Shown here one piece after another: positions 24,954 through 36,734 of a DNA stretch of 64,000 nt. Origin of the DNA: Octopus sinensis (taxonomy: Eukaryota). Numbering within the stretch: position 1 is the stretch's first letter; each line of letters starts with the position of its first letter. The stretch covers positions 35,650,001 through 35,714,000 of the forward strand of contig NC_043004.1 of NCBI RefSeq assembly GCF_006345805.1, written 5' to 3'. Below the pieces are notes generated by a model that searched no databases, was not told the DNA's origin, and saw nothing but the letters and a program-made list of their open reading frames with translations. The position numbers were made by a program, and so were the translations under genes.

Positions 24954-25069
24954 GGATAAGATCGTTAACTTAAAATTAAATAACAAACTCATCAAGTGGT
25001 CAGTATGGAAAAAATAACCTTCAAAGGTAGTGAGTTCGATATTTTATTTATCTTATCCTTATTTATATA
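24943..25069. mobile_element. 127-bp element with perfect 20-bp inverted ends, sitting in (TA)n
   Basis: TATATAAATAAGGATAAGAT at 24943-24962 and its reverse complement at 25050-25069. Confidence 0.7.
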
Positions 25070-25327
25070 AATTTAAATTTATTTCGTCACTGTATTTACT
25101 GCGGTGATATTTTACCATATAACACATGGAATTAGCGGGCATTTTGAACTAGCCTTGATGCATACGTGCATATATATGTATGTATATGTTCGGATATGTA
25201 AGTATTTGTATGTTGTATTAATATATATGTATGTATTTATGTTTCTTTCTGAGTATTTTCTACTGACGAGGTAATATATATGCGAATATATGAATATATA
25301 TGCGAATATATATGAATATATATGCGA

Positions 25328-25627
25328 AGGTGCAAGGTTGTGTGGTTAGGGCATTAGGCTCATAACCATTAGGTCCTGTGTTCAATTCCTGGTGGCATGT
25401 TATGTCCTTGAGCAAGACACTTTATTTCACATTGCTGCTGTCCATTCAAATGGCAAAAAGAAGTTGTACGTGTAATTCAAAAAACCAATCTTGTCACATT
25501 CTGTGTCATGCTGAATCTCCCTAAGAACTAAGTTAAGGGTACATGTGTCTGAGGAGTACTCAGCCACTTGCATGTTAACTCTGTTGATTGGATCAACTGG
25601 AATACTCATTGTAACAGACAGAGTGCC
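25328..25627 (+). mobile_element. Degenerate SINE with a different head and 3' domain type B
   Basis: The 3' half (TGTCATGCTGAATCTCCC..GTTAAGGGTACATGTGTC..CAGCCACTTGCATGTTAA) aligns with the 3' half of the SINE at 16600. Confidence 0.8.
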
Positions 25628-26796
25628 AGTAAGTATGTATATACATATACAACAGACTCGTTTCGCTCACAAGGTTTTGGTCTGCCTAAGGCTATGGTAC
25701 ATGTGATGCTCAAAGGACCACACAACAGAATTGAACCCAAAACCATGTTGTTCAGAAGTGAAATTCTTAGCCACATAATACATATAAATGTCAATGGGAA
25801 ATTAAAATGACAAAGGAAAAGAACTTGTGCCATGAACTTCATTAATATTGGTACACCTAAATGAAATAACATATAATCTCACACACACATACACAATACT
25901 CGGTAGTTGAGCAGAGAAGTCAACAAATGCAGTAGTTGTATTTGCATGTGTACATGATTTTCTTCTTCCACATTTTATATACTTTATATGTATATACACA
26001 CACTCACACAGATACACAAACACACACACACACACAAATGTCTGCAAAATTGTACATGCAACTGGTGGAAGTAAAAGACGTCCAGTAATGTGTATCAATG
26101 CTGAAGTCTACACCCAAAATATTTATGTGAGCAGAACTGCACCATAAAAAGCCATATATGAGGAATTGATTTGTTTTTATCTGAGTGTTTGGTGTCAAAG
26201 AGATACTGTTCACCTCATCAAATCAATAAAGTCAGTATTATTTGTGTAATAAATCATTGTGTAGTGAATGTGTTTGCTCCCTCATGTATTATGGCTGCTG
26301 TTGATGTTGTTTTGTTGTTGTTATTTTATTTTGTATATATTTGTTTTGCATCATCTTCACCTTTTTGACAAATACCAAACTTATTAATATTGAACTGGCG
26401 GAAACAGGAGAAAGCTGAACAGGATGTCTTACAATATTTAGTTACATCTTTCTATATTCATAGCTTGACAAGCTTAAAATTTATATTCCATCCTTTATGA
26501 ACTTAGAAATCCACTGGGTTGATCCAATTGAAACTAGTCTCTGGCCTTCATAAAAACAAACCATTAACCCTTTTCACACCAAACCACATGAAATCACTTC
26601 TGTTTTACAATACAAAAGTCGCTGCTTTTTGAAGAGTTCAAAAACTTCCATCATAATCTGGTGGGAGCACATTTAATCTAGATATTTTCGATTAATGATA
26701 TATAATTAACTTAATAGAAGCTGTTTAACAGAATCGAGGCTATTGGTTGATCTTTGGAAATTAATTAAAACTTAGATACTGATATTAGAGTAAATG

Positions 26797-26975
26797 ATGG
26801 CAGCAAGCTGGCAGACTAAGTAGCATGCGGTGCAAAATGCTTATCAGTATTTCGTCTGTCTTTACATTACTGAGTTCAAATTCTGCCAAGGTCAACTTTG
26901 CTTTTCATCCTTTTGGAGTCGATAAAATAAGTACCAGTTGAGTACTGAGGACAATGTAATTGACTACCCACTTCT
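26797..26975 (+). mobile_element. SINE type B
   Basis: GGCAGCAAGCTGGCAGA..CTGAGTTCAAATTC..CATCCTTTTGGAGTCGAT, as at 51254-51490. Confidence 0.85.
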
Positions 26976-27964
26976 CTGGATTTGCTCTCCTTCTACCAAA
27001 ATTAGAGTAAATAAGAACAATGCAGCACCAGACTAAGTCCCTTTCAGTATTTGGTTTTGGGTCTAAAAGTTCTGAATTCCTCTCCCTTCAGATTTCATAT
27101 GGAATCCTTAATTTCCCTAATTGACTTTATTAGAATATGCTCCACTAGATAGAATGTAGTCATTTCTATTCATCAATTCTAAAACTTGGGCTTGTGACTA
27201 CTTAGTTTCAAGAGATATTATTGATGGTCTTGTTTATTGCTGTTGTCTGTTCCACACCTCATCTTTTGACCTGCCACTATGTCTAGCAGTTCAGAGGACC
27301 ATGTAAAGGAAACCTCTATATGGTTGTGCAAACTGCTAGGTACAAACACACACACACACTCTGCCTCCTCAACACACATAGCTCTCCATCTCTCCTGTGT
27401 CATCAGATGAGGATGTTGTGTCACCCAGATGAAATAATTTAAGATGATCAAGATTTGTGGTAATGTGTATTTGTGATTCGTGGATTACAAAAACTTTTTT
27501 TAATTAATTGCATGCTTGTTTTAATTAATACTTGTTTTACTTAGTACTTGTTTTAATAATTTACAGATACTTATACATTTCTACCTGCATAATTATCCTC
27601 ATTGCAGACTTCACATATGTCACTGCAGACTATTGTGGAATGGTTAGATTCACTATATATCTTACCACAAATCTTGACCATCTTATATTACTTCATCTGG
27701 GAGACACAGCATCTTCATATCTGAAAGCACAGATGGAGAGCTACACATGTTCAAGAGACAAGTGGTGGGGGGATCTATATCCATGTCTAGACAAGCAAGG
27801 GTGTTCGTTTCCAGTCTTCCATGTAAAAAAATGTTCAGCCATGGGGAAATATTACCTTACGTGAAAACAGATGAGGGTCAGTGACAGGAAGGGCACTTGG
27901 CTATAGAAAACTACCTCAACAATTTCCATGTGACTCATGTAAGCATGAAAAAGTACACATTACG

Positions 27965-28003
<39 letters not shown>

Positions 28004-28020
28004 CAACGACAAGGAGGAAG

Positions 28021-28197
28021 AAGAGAGTAATGGAGATGTTGATGATGATATCAAAGGAAGCCCAAGTACCTTTACACACACATGTATACAAGAGATTGGA
28101 ATGAAATGTCCTGTAGAGTTCTACAGGTTTGGCTCTTAGGAACAAGAAAGATCATCTGAAGGATTCTGAGCACTTGATGGCTTCCTGAAATCTAAGG
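28021..28197 (+). repeat. Inverted, order-permuted copy of 29352-29548
   Basis: 28089-28197 matches rc(29437-29548); 28021-28088 matches rc(29352-29428). Confidence 0.8.
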
Positions 28198-29394
28198 CTA
28201 CAGGTTAATAAGTCCAATAACAATAATCATAAACCTGTATTTTCTATGGCAAAAATAATTTGTATTTTTTTTTTTTGTATAGGTTATTTGAAAACAATAA
28301 TATATATAGAATTGTTATGATGCAAAAAATGTGTGTGTGTGTGTGTGTGTGTGTATAAAACAGATATAATACATATAGAAATGTTTTTTATCATAATGAT
28401 TTTAACAACTGAACAAATCGTGTGATTAGATTATAATTGGGAAATATTAAATATTTGACTTAAAAAAGGAAGGTTTCTTGAAGATAATTTGGACAAATTA
28501 AATATATTAATGAAGACACTGCTTTGAAAAGTAGCTGAGAAAACTGTCATTCTGTTGCACTAATGGTAATTGCCTCTGAAATGTTGCGTTTTAAGTGAAA
28601 TACCTCTTTTAACTCTTTAAACTTTCTTCCGTTAAGTCTTTTTATGACGTCTTTGATGTAGAATATTAATTGAAAGAATATTTTTTTCACAAATCTAAAT
28701 AATGCAAAAAATTTTCCATCAATTTTTCTAAGCGACAGATATGATGTCTATTGGAATTTACATACTTTATCCACTCAATATAATATTTAAGCCATTAGAA
28801 AATCGAAAAGAATTTCTTTTTAATTCAAAAATATTTTTAACTTGTGTTAGAAAGAAAAGAAATTTTCTTCAGGGAATTAATATATTTTGTAATGTTTGAA
28901 ACTTACAGTGGGAGTATAGCTCATGCCAGAAAGACGAAATTCTTTAATTTCAAAATGCTTTCACATAGAATTAAATAAACAGCCTCTTACTATTGACTGT
29001 AATTAGAAGTTAGTTTATTTTAGTTGGGTTTTTTTTTGTTTTTGAGTATCTTTGATGTATTGCAACAATTTGTATATTGCTAAATGTGCAGTTTTTTTGG
29101 TTTTTTTTTTAGAAATTTTAACAAAAGTGCTCCATCATATACAGAACAATAACGGCGATTGTCAAATGATGCAGTACTGTCCCACACTGATGCTGAATAC
29201 ATCTACGGACAAATGATTTGACAAACTGATATCCTGTAGCAGAGAGGTTGATTTTGTTTAGCATGAATGGAATCCAGACATCTGTGCCTAGCAGTGCTCC
29301 AGTCTGACCAAAGCCTTGTGAATGAATTTAATTGGTGAAAGTTCAATCATGTGTATATGAGTGTGTGTGAAAGTACTTGGGCCTCCTTTGACGT

Positions 29395-29910
29395 CATCAT
29401 CATCATCACAATCACCATTAGTCTCCACCAAATTACCCTTAGATTTCAAGAAGCCATCAAGTGCTCAGAATCCTTTTGATGATCTTTCTTGTTCTTAAGA
29501 GCCAAACCTTCTCTAGAACTCTACAGGACATTCCATTCCAATCTCTTGCAACCATTTGCCTATGTTTCTAATCAATCAATTTTCACAAGTACAACATTTA
29601 CTGGTTTCATATTCCAAATTCTCACAATCTCGAATTTTAAGGAATTCTGATCTTTTTTTAACCTTATATCTTCTTTCTTCACAATCCTGGAATCAAATGA
29701 ACATGATTAATCAATCAGTAAGTAAATTCACTTTCCCTTGTTTATTATCCCTGTTAATTAACAATTCAATTAAGACAGAAAAATTTCTTTTTTTTCTTCT
29801 CAATTGAACTTCTTGATTCTTGTGGTACTTGCAGAGGAGCTGACCTTTGCAATGCCTCTTGTGGCTATTGTTTATGCTACAGTTGCACCTGGTGTTGCTG
29901 GGATCCACGA
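29395..29910 (-). mobile_element. Dong/R4-like LINE 3' fragment with (GAT)n tail
   Basis: Degenerate LLCKYH..LKFEIVRIWNMKPVNVVLV..WLQEIGMECPVEF..RILST*. Confidence 0.7.
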
Positions 29911-30449
29911 TGAATGGGGTGATTGTAGCAGTGGTGGTAGCGGCAGTGGTGGTGGTGGTGGTGGTGGTGGTAGTGGTTTTGGTAGCGGTGGTGTTAGTGG
30001 TGGTAATGGTAGTGGTTGCTTCTGTATTGTCGCTGTAAGATGCAGTTGCATTATATATTTTCCTTTACTCTGGCTTACATAGTTTCCATGACCATCACTG
30101 TCCACTTCTTACAACTAGAATCTTCCATCCCTAAAATTTTCAGGATGCATTTTTGGCTGTATCGTATATGGGAAATTACCATAAAAAAGGAGGGAGTTTT
30201 GCAAGTCCAATCAGCACCAAGACAGTCATGGTGCAACTCTACATCTCACCAATGGACACAACTTTTGAAAATCATTTTGAAATTGTGAAACTTAAGTGAA
30301 TATTAGATAAATCTTCTTAAAGATTCTAAGTGCATTTTTAACCATTTTTAACTTCATTTCTTTATTCTTTTACTTTTATGAAAAATAACTTTCCTGCACT
30401 CAAATGTACATGCACACAGTCACACAGAAAGACAGACAGACAGTCCAAC

Positions 30450-31200
30450 GGGGAGAGAGCTATGGTATTCTTCCACTAGTAAAGCAGAAAGGCTGCTGAA
30501 AGAAGTGGAGACAATTTGAGGAACTATTGCTGATAGATAAATTCATATGCCAAGATTCTAGTTACAATGGCAAGGTTGGGTGATAAAAATCCCATAACAT
30601 GATTCCTTATTCTTGCATAATAGAATACTTGGAGATTATTGGGATAGCAGTGAATTCAAGAAGGCTGTAAGTAAAAGAGTGTGATTAAACAAAACAAAAT
30701 TAAAAGTTAGGAAGAATTAAGATGAATAGAAGAATCTTTTAGTGTAATAACTGATCTCTATACCTTTTTTTGTGATATATATGGCATTTTAACATTGCTA
30801 TAAAGAAGAAAATACTACAAAAGATGTGCATGTTATTAAAGGTGGGCAACCTAAGATAAATTGCCTATTTATGGCTGGCTTTTATCTGTTTGCAAAGAAT
30901 GAACATCAAAATTCCTTTTTACTACAAAATAATACAGGGATTTAGGGAAAATACTAGGATTCAATTACGGATTAAAATGTGTAAAGTTTTCATAATGAAA
31001 GCAGTAAAGATGGTGGAGAGTAATGAGGTATAATTAGCAGTTAACGATATCATAAAACAGGTTGTAAAGATGAGTATAAATAACTTAGGTGTAACAGAAA
31101 TAGATAAGTTAAAGGAAATTTGAGGGAGGAGGGGACTTCAGAAGATTCAAATCAGAGCGAAATGGTAAAAATAAAACTCTAGTCATAAAAATGTAGAATT
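30450..31200 (+). mobile_element. Decayed Dong/R4-like reverse-transcriptase fragment
   Basis: EELLLIDKFICQDS..KSHNMIPYSCIIEYLEIIGIAVNSRR..KINCLFM..LFAKNE..KMCKVFIMK; many stops. Confidence 0.7.
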
Positions 31201-32431
31201 ATCTTTTAAAGTGCAATAGAGAAAATTTAAACTGGAAATGAACCAATGAGAGAGCATCGACATAGTCACTCAACCTGCTTGAAACAGCAACTAGATTTTC
31301 TAAGATCACACAGTTTTGTCTTAAGAAAGAAAGTTCATAATAGATAATGTAGTTTTAAATATATAAAGTGATGAGATGGTCATGGTTGAAATGCTAGTAT
31401 TCTTGATCAGGAACTAAACAGAGACAATGAATATCTCTGCAACAGTGGTGGTATTAAAATATTGATGTACTCAATACAAAAGTGATTAATTTACTGGTTT
31501 GATATAGATGCAGAAGCAGTGTCCATAGCCTTTGCAGACTCTTCAAGATAAGTGAGATGAGCATATTCCTCAGAAACAGTTATAAATTAAAGGAAATATC
31601 TGCAGGGAAGTGATTCTAGAAAGTGGATGTCATGGGAAGGAAAAAGGGGATATAGTGATTAGTTTTGAGTGTGGAGGTGGTGGGCATAATGTGGATTATG
31701 AGAATTGGCGAGATGAATAAATTAAGAATGCCTGAGGGGAGGTAGCATGGGATTAAAATATAAATTGATGCAAATAAGAATAAGCGAATAAAACAGAATC
31801 CACTTCATAGGTTTCTAGATATATAAACATCTATAAATAGAGAAAGCTAAACTTCCATAATCTGAAGAACTAAATTTGTGCAGCTTTCAAGAGAAAATTT
31901 TAGGTTCTGCCTTTTTAGTAATTAATTTAACAGAATAGGATTTAAGTATTCTTTTTGCATATGACTGCTGTAAAAACTTAAAGAAATATGAGGTAAAAAA
32001 ATTTAATAAAAATATATTATTAGATCAGATATTGATGATAATGATATTTACACCAGGTTATAAATGAGAGCAATAAAGTATTGCTATCATATTTTGGACA
32101 AATATTTGAGGAGTTATTCCAATAATAAGAAAGATATCTAAATTTATTTAATATTGCCATGTTAGATGTGTCAACTGAAAACGTTAGGATATGTGCAAAA
32201 ACACAAAGAATAAAAAGACACATGGATTAAGTGATATTAAAATCAGCCAGAGTCTGATTTCGCTATTGAGGAGTTTTTTATGTTAACTATTTCTCGGGTT
32301 TAGATGTTTTGCTTTTTAGCATTGACAAACATGAATTTCCTAAAGGGTAGCATCTTATAAGTGAGATTCTGGTAAAGTTTATATTCCCTGGCTCTCTCTG
32401 ATCTAAAACTCTGTTAACATCCAGACAGTAT

Positions 32432-32658
32432 CTTATTTCTTTATTGCCTACAAGGGGCTAAAGATAGGGGACAAACAGACAAAGGGCTAAAGTTGATTAC
32501 ATCGACCCCAGTGCATAACTGGTACTTAATTTATCAACCCCGAAAGGATGAAAGGCAAAGCCGACCTCAGCGGAATTTGAACTCAGAATGTAACGACAGA
32601 TGTGAAATACCACTAAGCATTTCACCCGGTGTGCTAATATTTCTGCCAGCTCGCCATC
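32432..32658 (-). mobile_element. SINE type B, full length
   Basis: 18-bp TSD TTAACATCCAGACAGTAT at 32414-32431 and 32659-32676. Confidence 0.92.
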
Positions 32659-33897
32659 TTAACATCCAGACAGTATATCCCAAACAATTAGAATCTTTTT
32701 CTATACTAGTCACACTCAGTTTACTTTCTTTTTAATATAGTCTTCAGCCAAAACTGTACAAGGTGCACTCAGCCTATTTTTAATACAGTCACCACTCAAA
32801 ACTGCATGAGTTACATTCACTCAGCCCATGTTTTAACAGTCACCAGTCAAAACTCTCAGCACAATTACACAGCATGTTGTAGCTGACTCTTGATTGTCAC
32901 ATTACACAGAACAAAACATTCAAAGTATAATGGATGCATTGATTCTGTATTACTCTAAATTTTGGAAATGTATTTGAAGTGGCTAATTAATTTATTTACA
33001 TAAGAAATGGGGAATAGATATTTCATTTTGCAGTTGGGCTACTACATTGAATTCTACATGCCCAAGTTCAGTTGGCAGTTAAAAACAGATACAACTTATG
33101 AGAACGATTTGGTAAACGAAACAGAAAGAGATTTATGACATCTTAACACATCACCCAACTAAAGATCACTCTAAGTCCCCTTCCAGGATTAGGAGATATT
33201 TACAATGATGTGAGCATTGCAGCAGATTTATAGATCACATGTCAACATTGAAGGAATCATCCCAAAATGGATGAGTCACAAGGATGTTGTACTATAAACT
33301 AAAGTATCCAATGTTTCCCTATATCCGGCGTTACATCTAATTTTAGTCAATTTTAAGTAGGTATCACCAGCAAGGTATATATTTCTCCACTATAAGCAAA
33401 TATATCGTTATATACTTTGTAGAGATAAGATTAGCCATTTCTAGATCAGATTAGCCATTAGATCTAGGCTTTAGTTCTAATTATGGCTTTATTTGCAAAC
33501 TTCTGATGTTATATACCTTATGCATAAGTGAAGCATTATCTTTAGGTACCAAAAAGAAAAAAAGGCAACCAAACATTGGTAGCATCTCATATAAAACATC
33601 AACAAAAAAAGAAAAACAGTTTTGTGAAATTTAATTTGATTGAAATGTTTCCGTTAGTTCCTATTACAAAGCTATCATTACAGAATTTTCTCTACTTTGT
33701 TTCCCTGATTTACATTTTGTTTTCTGATAAAAAATATTTGCTGCTTTCTCTTTCTTTAAATTAACCCACATTATGAGAGCACAAATGTCCAAACATATAA
33801 AGTAATCGAGGGCCAGGGGCTTGCATTCTGTCTGTAGTTATGTGATGAATCAAGACACTCAATCTCATTGACCAAGTCGAGCTTTCAATGTACTTAC

Positions 33898-33937
33898 TGT
33901 GAATTGGTACCATTGATGACTTAAAACAGTCGAAGCT
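33898..33937 (-). CDS. Putative coding exon (R)ASTVLSHQWYQFT (40 nt, phase 2 to 0)
   Basis: Acceptor atattaatttcacag and consensus donor GTAAGT. The phase-0 end joins the exon at 18244. Frame 0 (SFDCFKSSMVPIH) is also open. Confidence 0.5.
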
Positions 33938-34343
33938 CTGTGAAATTAATATACTTTGCAATGGCACAATTTATTGAATTAGACTTTTGCCTACACAAGG
34001 ACATACTTGTAAAAGACTGGCACCCTATCCTGGGAACTTTAGTATCATATCCACTTAATATCGACATTTAATTTTAGTGAATATCTATGAAAGGAAGCAG
34101 TAAAGAAATACACAAACAATTTAGATTTACAGAGCTTTAGTCTTGTAGAAAACCATCATTCGAACTAAAGCATAACAGCTTTACTTTCAGTGAAGCAGAC
34201 AGCATGCATCGAAGACAATAAATTATAGGTTGCTTTTCCCAAAGTACAGATGAACAACTAAAAAGCAACTTTCTTTCAGCAAGGGACAGAAGTTGTCTAT
34301 TTATTATCTTCAACACAACCGCAATATTGAAGACAATAGAGAA

Positions 34344-34391
<48 letters not shown>

Positions 34392-34660
34392 GTGAGGAGA
34401 AATGTTACATGAGGTGGTTGTTTATAACTTCAGTGGCCTTCTGTTGTTCTAAAGGAAGAAATTGGCATGTATCCATGAAGTAAGATTGATGAATGAGTGA
34501 TAGGAAAGCTAGCAAAGTTAAACAAATGGAATGGAAAATATCACATTTTAGAAAGAATGAGAGACAAACAGAAGAGTAGCAAGCATTAAATTAGCTCCTG
34601 GTTTTGAACTGAATGTCACAGATATTTCGTTACTAACTTACTTTTGTTTTCTTTATGCAG

Positions 34661-34729
34661 CAAGTGTTAAGTAAATTATATCAGAGTATATCAGTAGAAA
34701 TGTACAGCAGATGCTTTATGGATTAAGGG
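34661..34729 (+). CDS. Candidate isolated plus-strand exon QVLSKLYQSISVEMYSRCFMGLR (69 nt)
   Basis: TACTAAC branch site, pyrimidine tract and TGCAG acceptor; AGG|GTAAGC donor; only frame 0 is open. No convincing partner exons. Confidence 0.35.
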
Positions 34730-34984
34730 TAAGCTCATGCAGACTCATAATCACATTATCATATATTTATATATGTGTGTTTGTTTGAGTGTGTGTGTGT
34801 GTGTGTATAGATATAGAAATATACATACATATATACACATATACAATATACAAATGTTAATTTGTAATTGAAAGAGGAATGCAGCATGCAGTACATGGTG
34901 TAGAGTTTATTCATGTATTTTCCAAGAAATATAATAGTAATGATGATGATGATGATGAGGAGGAGGAGAAGAAGGAGGAGGAGG

Positions 34985-35290
34985 AGAAATGATGCAGGTA
35001 GAAGTGTGCTATAAGACTTCCGCAATAGCAATGAACAGGTACCTGTCTAGTACAGAGGACTGGATGCTGCGGCTTCTGTGCAAACATGAAAACAGTAACA
35101 AGTCACATTCTACTGCCATGGAAGCTTGCAAATCTGCAAGGGAACTCAGCATTAACCTCGAAATAGACAAAGAACCTGAAATCACTCCCACAAAATAAGC
35201 AATATGGATCAAACATACTACAAAAACAGAATGGGCAGAAACGAATTGAGGTGCGGTGGAGCCAGAAGCCTCTGCAAGGACAGTATATAC
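34985..35290 (+). mobile_element. Dong/R4-like LINE, upstream part of a split copy
   Basis: MQVEVCYKTSAIAMNRYLSSTEDWMLRLLCKHE.. ending near the KPLHGQY-equivalent position. Confidence 0.75.
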
Positions 35291-35291
35291 T

Positions 35292-35323
<32 letters not shown>

Positions 35324-35720
35324 GGAAATTATTGTATACAGTGCTCAGGTGCACCACAACTTGTCAAAAGTGCGTATAAAGCATATGCAGTAATGTACAA
35401 ATGTCTGGGAAGTGAACAGTGTATGAGTCAGATACATGCTTGTGTGTGTATGGAGGGGAGAAAATCAGGTGTAGTGTTGGTGAATCTCAGGAAGCATGGA
35501 AGTTTTGAAGGATGCAGTACTCCGACAACTAACAACTGATGCCGGCAGTTTGTTCCTTGCTTCAGCAACTCTTAGCATGAAAAGATGTTTCCGAAAGTCA
35601 TGGGAGCTGTGCTGTTTTCTGACTTTGTAAACATGTCCACGGGTGTTAGACAGATGGAGTTTGAAAAGGTGCTCAGAGTTATTGTTTGTAAGATACTTCA
35701 AAATCGAAATGCTGATGTGA
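35292..35720 (-). mobile_element. CR1-clade LINE 3' end with (ATT)n tail
   Basis: HLFKLHLSNTRGHVYKVRKQHSSHDFRKHLFMLRVAEARNKLPASVVSCRSTASFK (CR1 TRGH..F..R..WN.LP motif), then a 3' UTR and tail at 35292-35322. Confidence 0.85.
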
Positions 35721-35789
35721 ACCTAGAGATCTTTGTGGTTTGCATCACCTTTTACAATTATCTTTTAAAAAATTTTGTAAAGTATCATA

Positions 35790-36730
35790 TAAATGTAATT
35801 TTTGATGCTGAATCTGAATTTGTTATTCACTTATTTCAGAAAAATTTTCCAAAAATATTACAGGTGCTCAAATTTTGATAATTTTGATAATTTTCAGTCA
35901 ATCAGAAAACAGCACGTTCACTGCCTTTTCCATCATTAGGGGCAGGGACATCGACATCGATATGTCAAAACATTGCTAGAAATAACAGTCGAAACATTAA
36001 AATATACACGAATGAAGTTAACATTAAAACCTTTGCAAGCAAATTAAATATTTAAAAGCTACAAGCAAACAAACAAACAAAAGTTGCTAGAAATAACAGT
36101 CAAAACATTGTTTAAAACAGACATCTACTAGTTTAAAAAATTCAAGAATGAAAGTTTGCAATACACTCTAGGAATTTTAAAAAATAAAGTAGCTGGCCCC
36201 ATGCCATCAAATATAACAGCTAATTGTAGCATTTTATATACACATATGGATGGTAAATCAGATTAATACACTTGTCAATGTTATCTAGTGGTTGTCTTTT
36301 GAGATGTGACATCGATCATCATTTGTTACACACACATTCACATACTTCCCTTTTACATTACACACACACATATACTCACACAGAGTTGAAACACTCCCAC
36401 TACCAGTTTGCCATCACCCTTTCCTTTCTCATTCATATGTTGTGACAGAGAAAAACACAAGTGTATTATTATAGTCGGTTATCTTTCTTGTATCTCCTCT
36501 TTGTGCGCACGTGCAGCATCTTTAGTTACTATGGAAACAGAGATTTTCGCCATGGTGATGCGTAAAATATTCACCTCTGATTGGCTAAAATACCCAAATT
36601 CTCCAAATTTTAAAGGCTGATAACTTTTTAATTATGGATTTATAGGGAAAATTTATTTCATTTTCATAATTAGAATACAAAACTTAATTCATATACCAAA
36701 TTTGAAAACATGGAACAAAATTGTAAACAG
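35790..36730 (+). mobile_element. Helitron-like non-autonomous element with internal direct repeats
   Basis: Shares a body block with 16226-16594. A 26-bp direct repeat lies at 35973-35998 and 36084-36109. Ends are uncertain. Confidence 0.45.
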
Positions 36731-36734
36731 TGGT

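Noticed and set aside
29158-29235. C/D-box snoRNA-like arrangement with a 9-bp inverted repeat TTGTCAAAT/ATTTGACAA
   Set aside because: Box C is imperfect, no CTGA sits immediately inside the terminal stem, and I recognise no rRNA-complementary guide. The minus-strand exon reading here also has only a weak donor.
30144-30299. Plus-strand open frame DAFLAVSYMGNYHKKGG... after ttttcag
   Set aside because: No convincing donor, no recognisable homology, and flanked by decayed LINE pieces.
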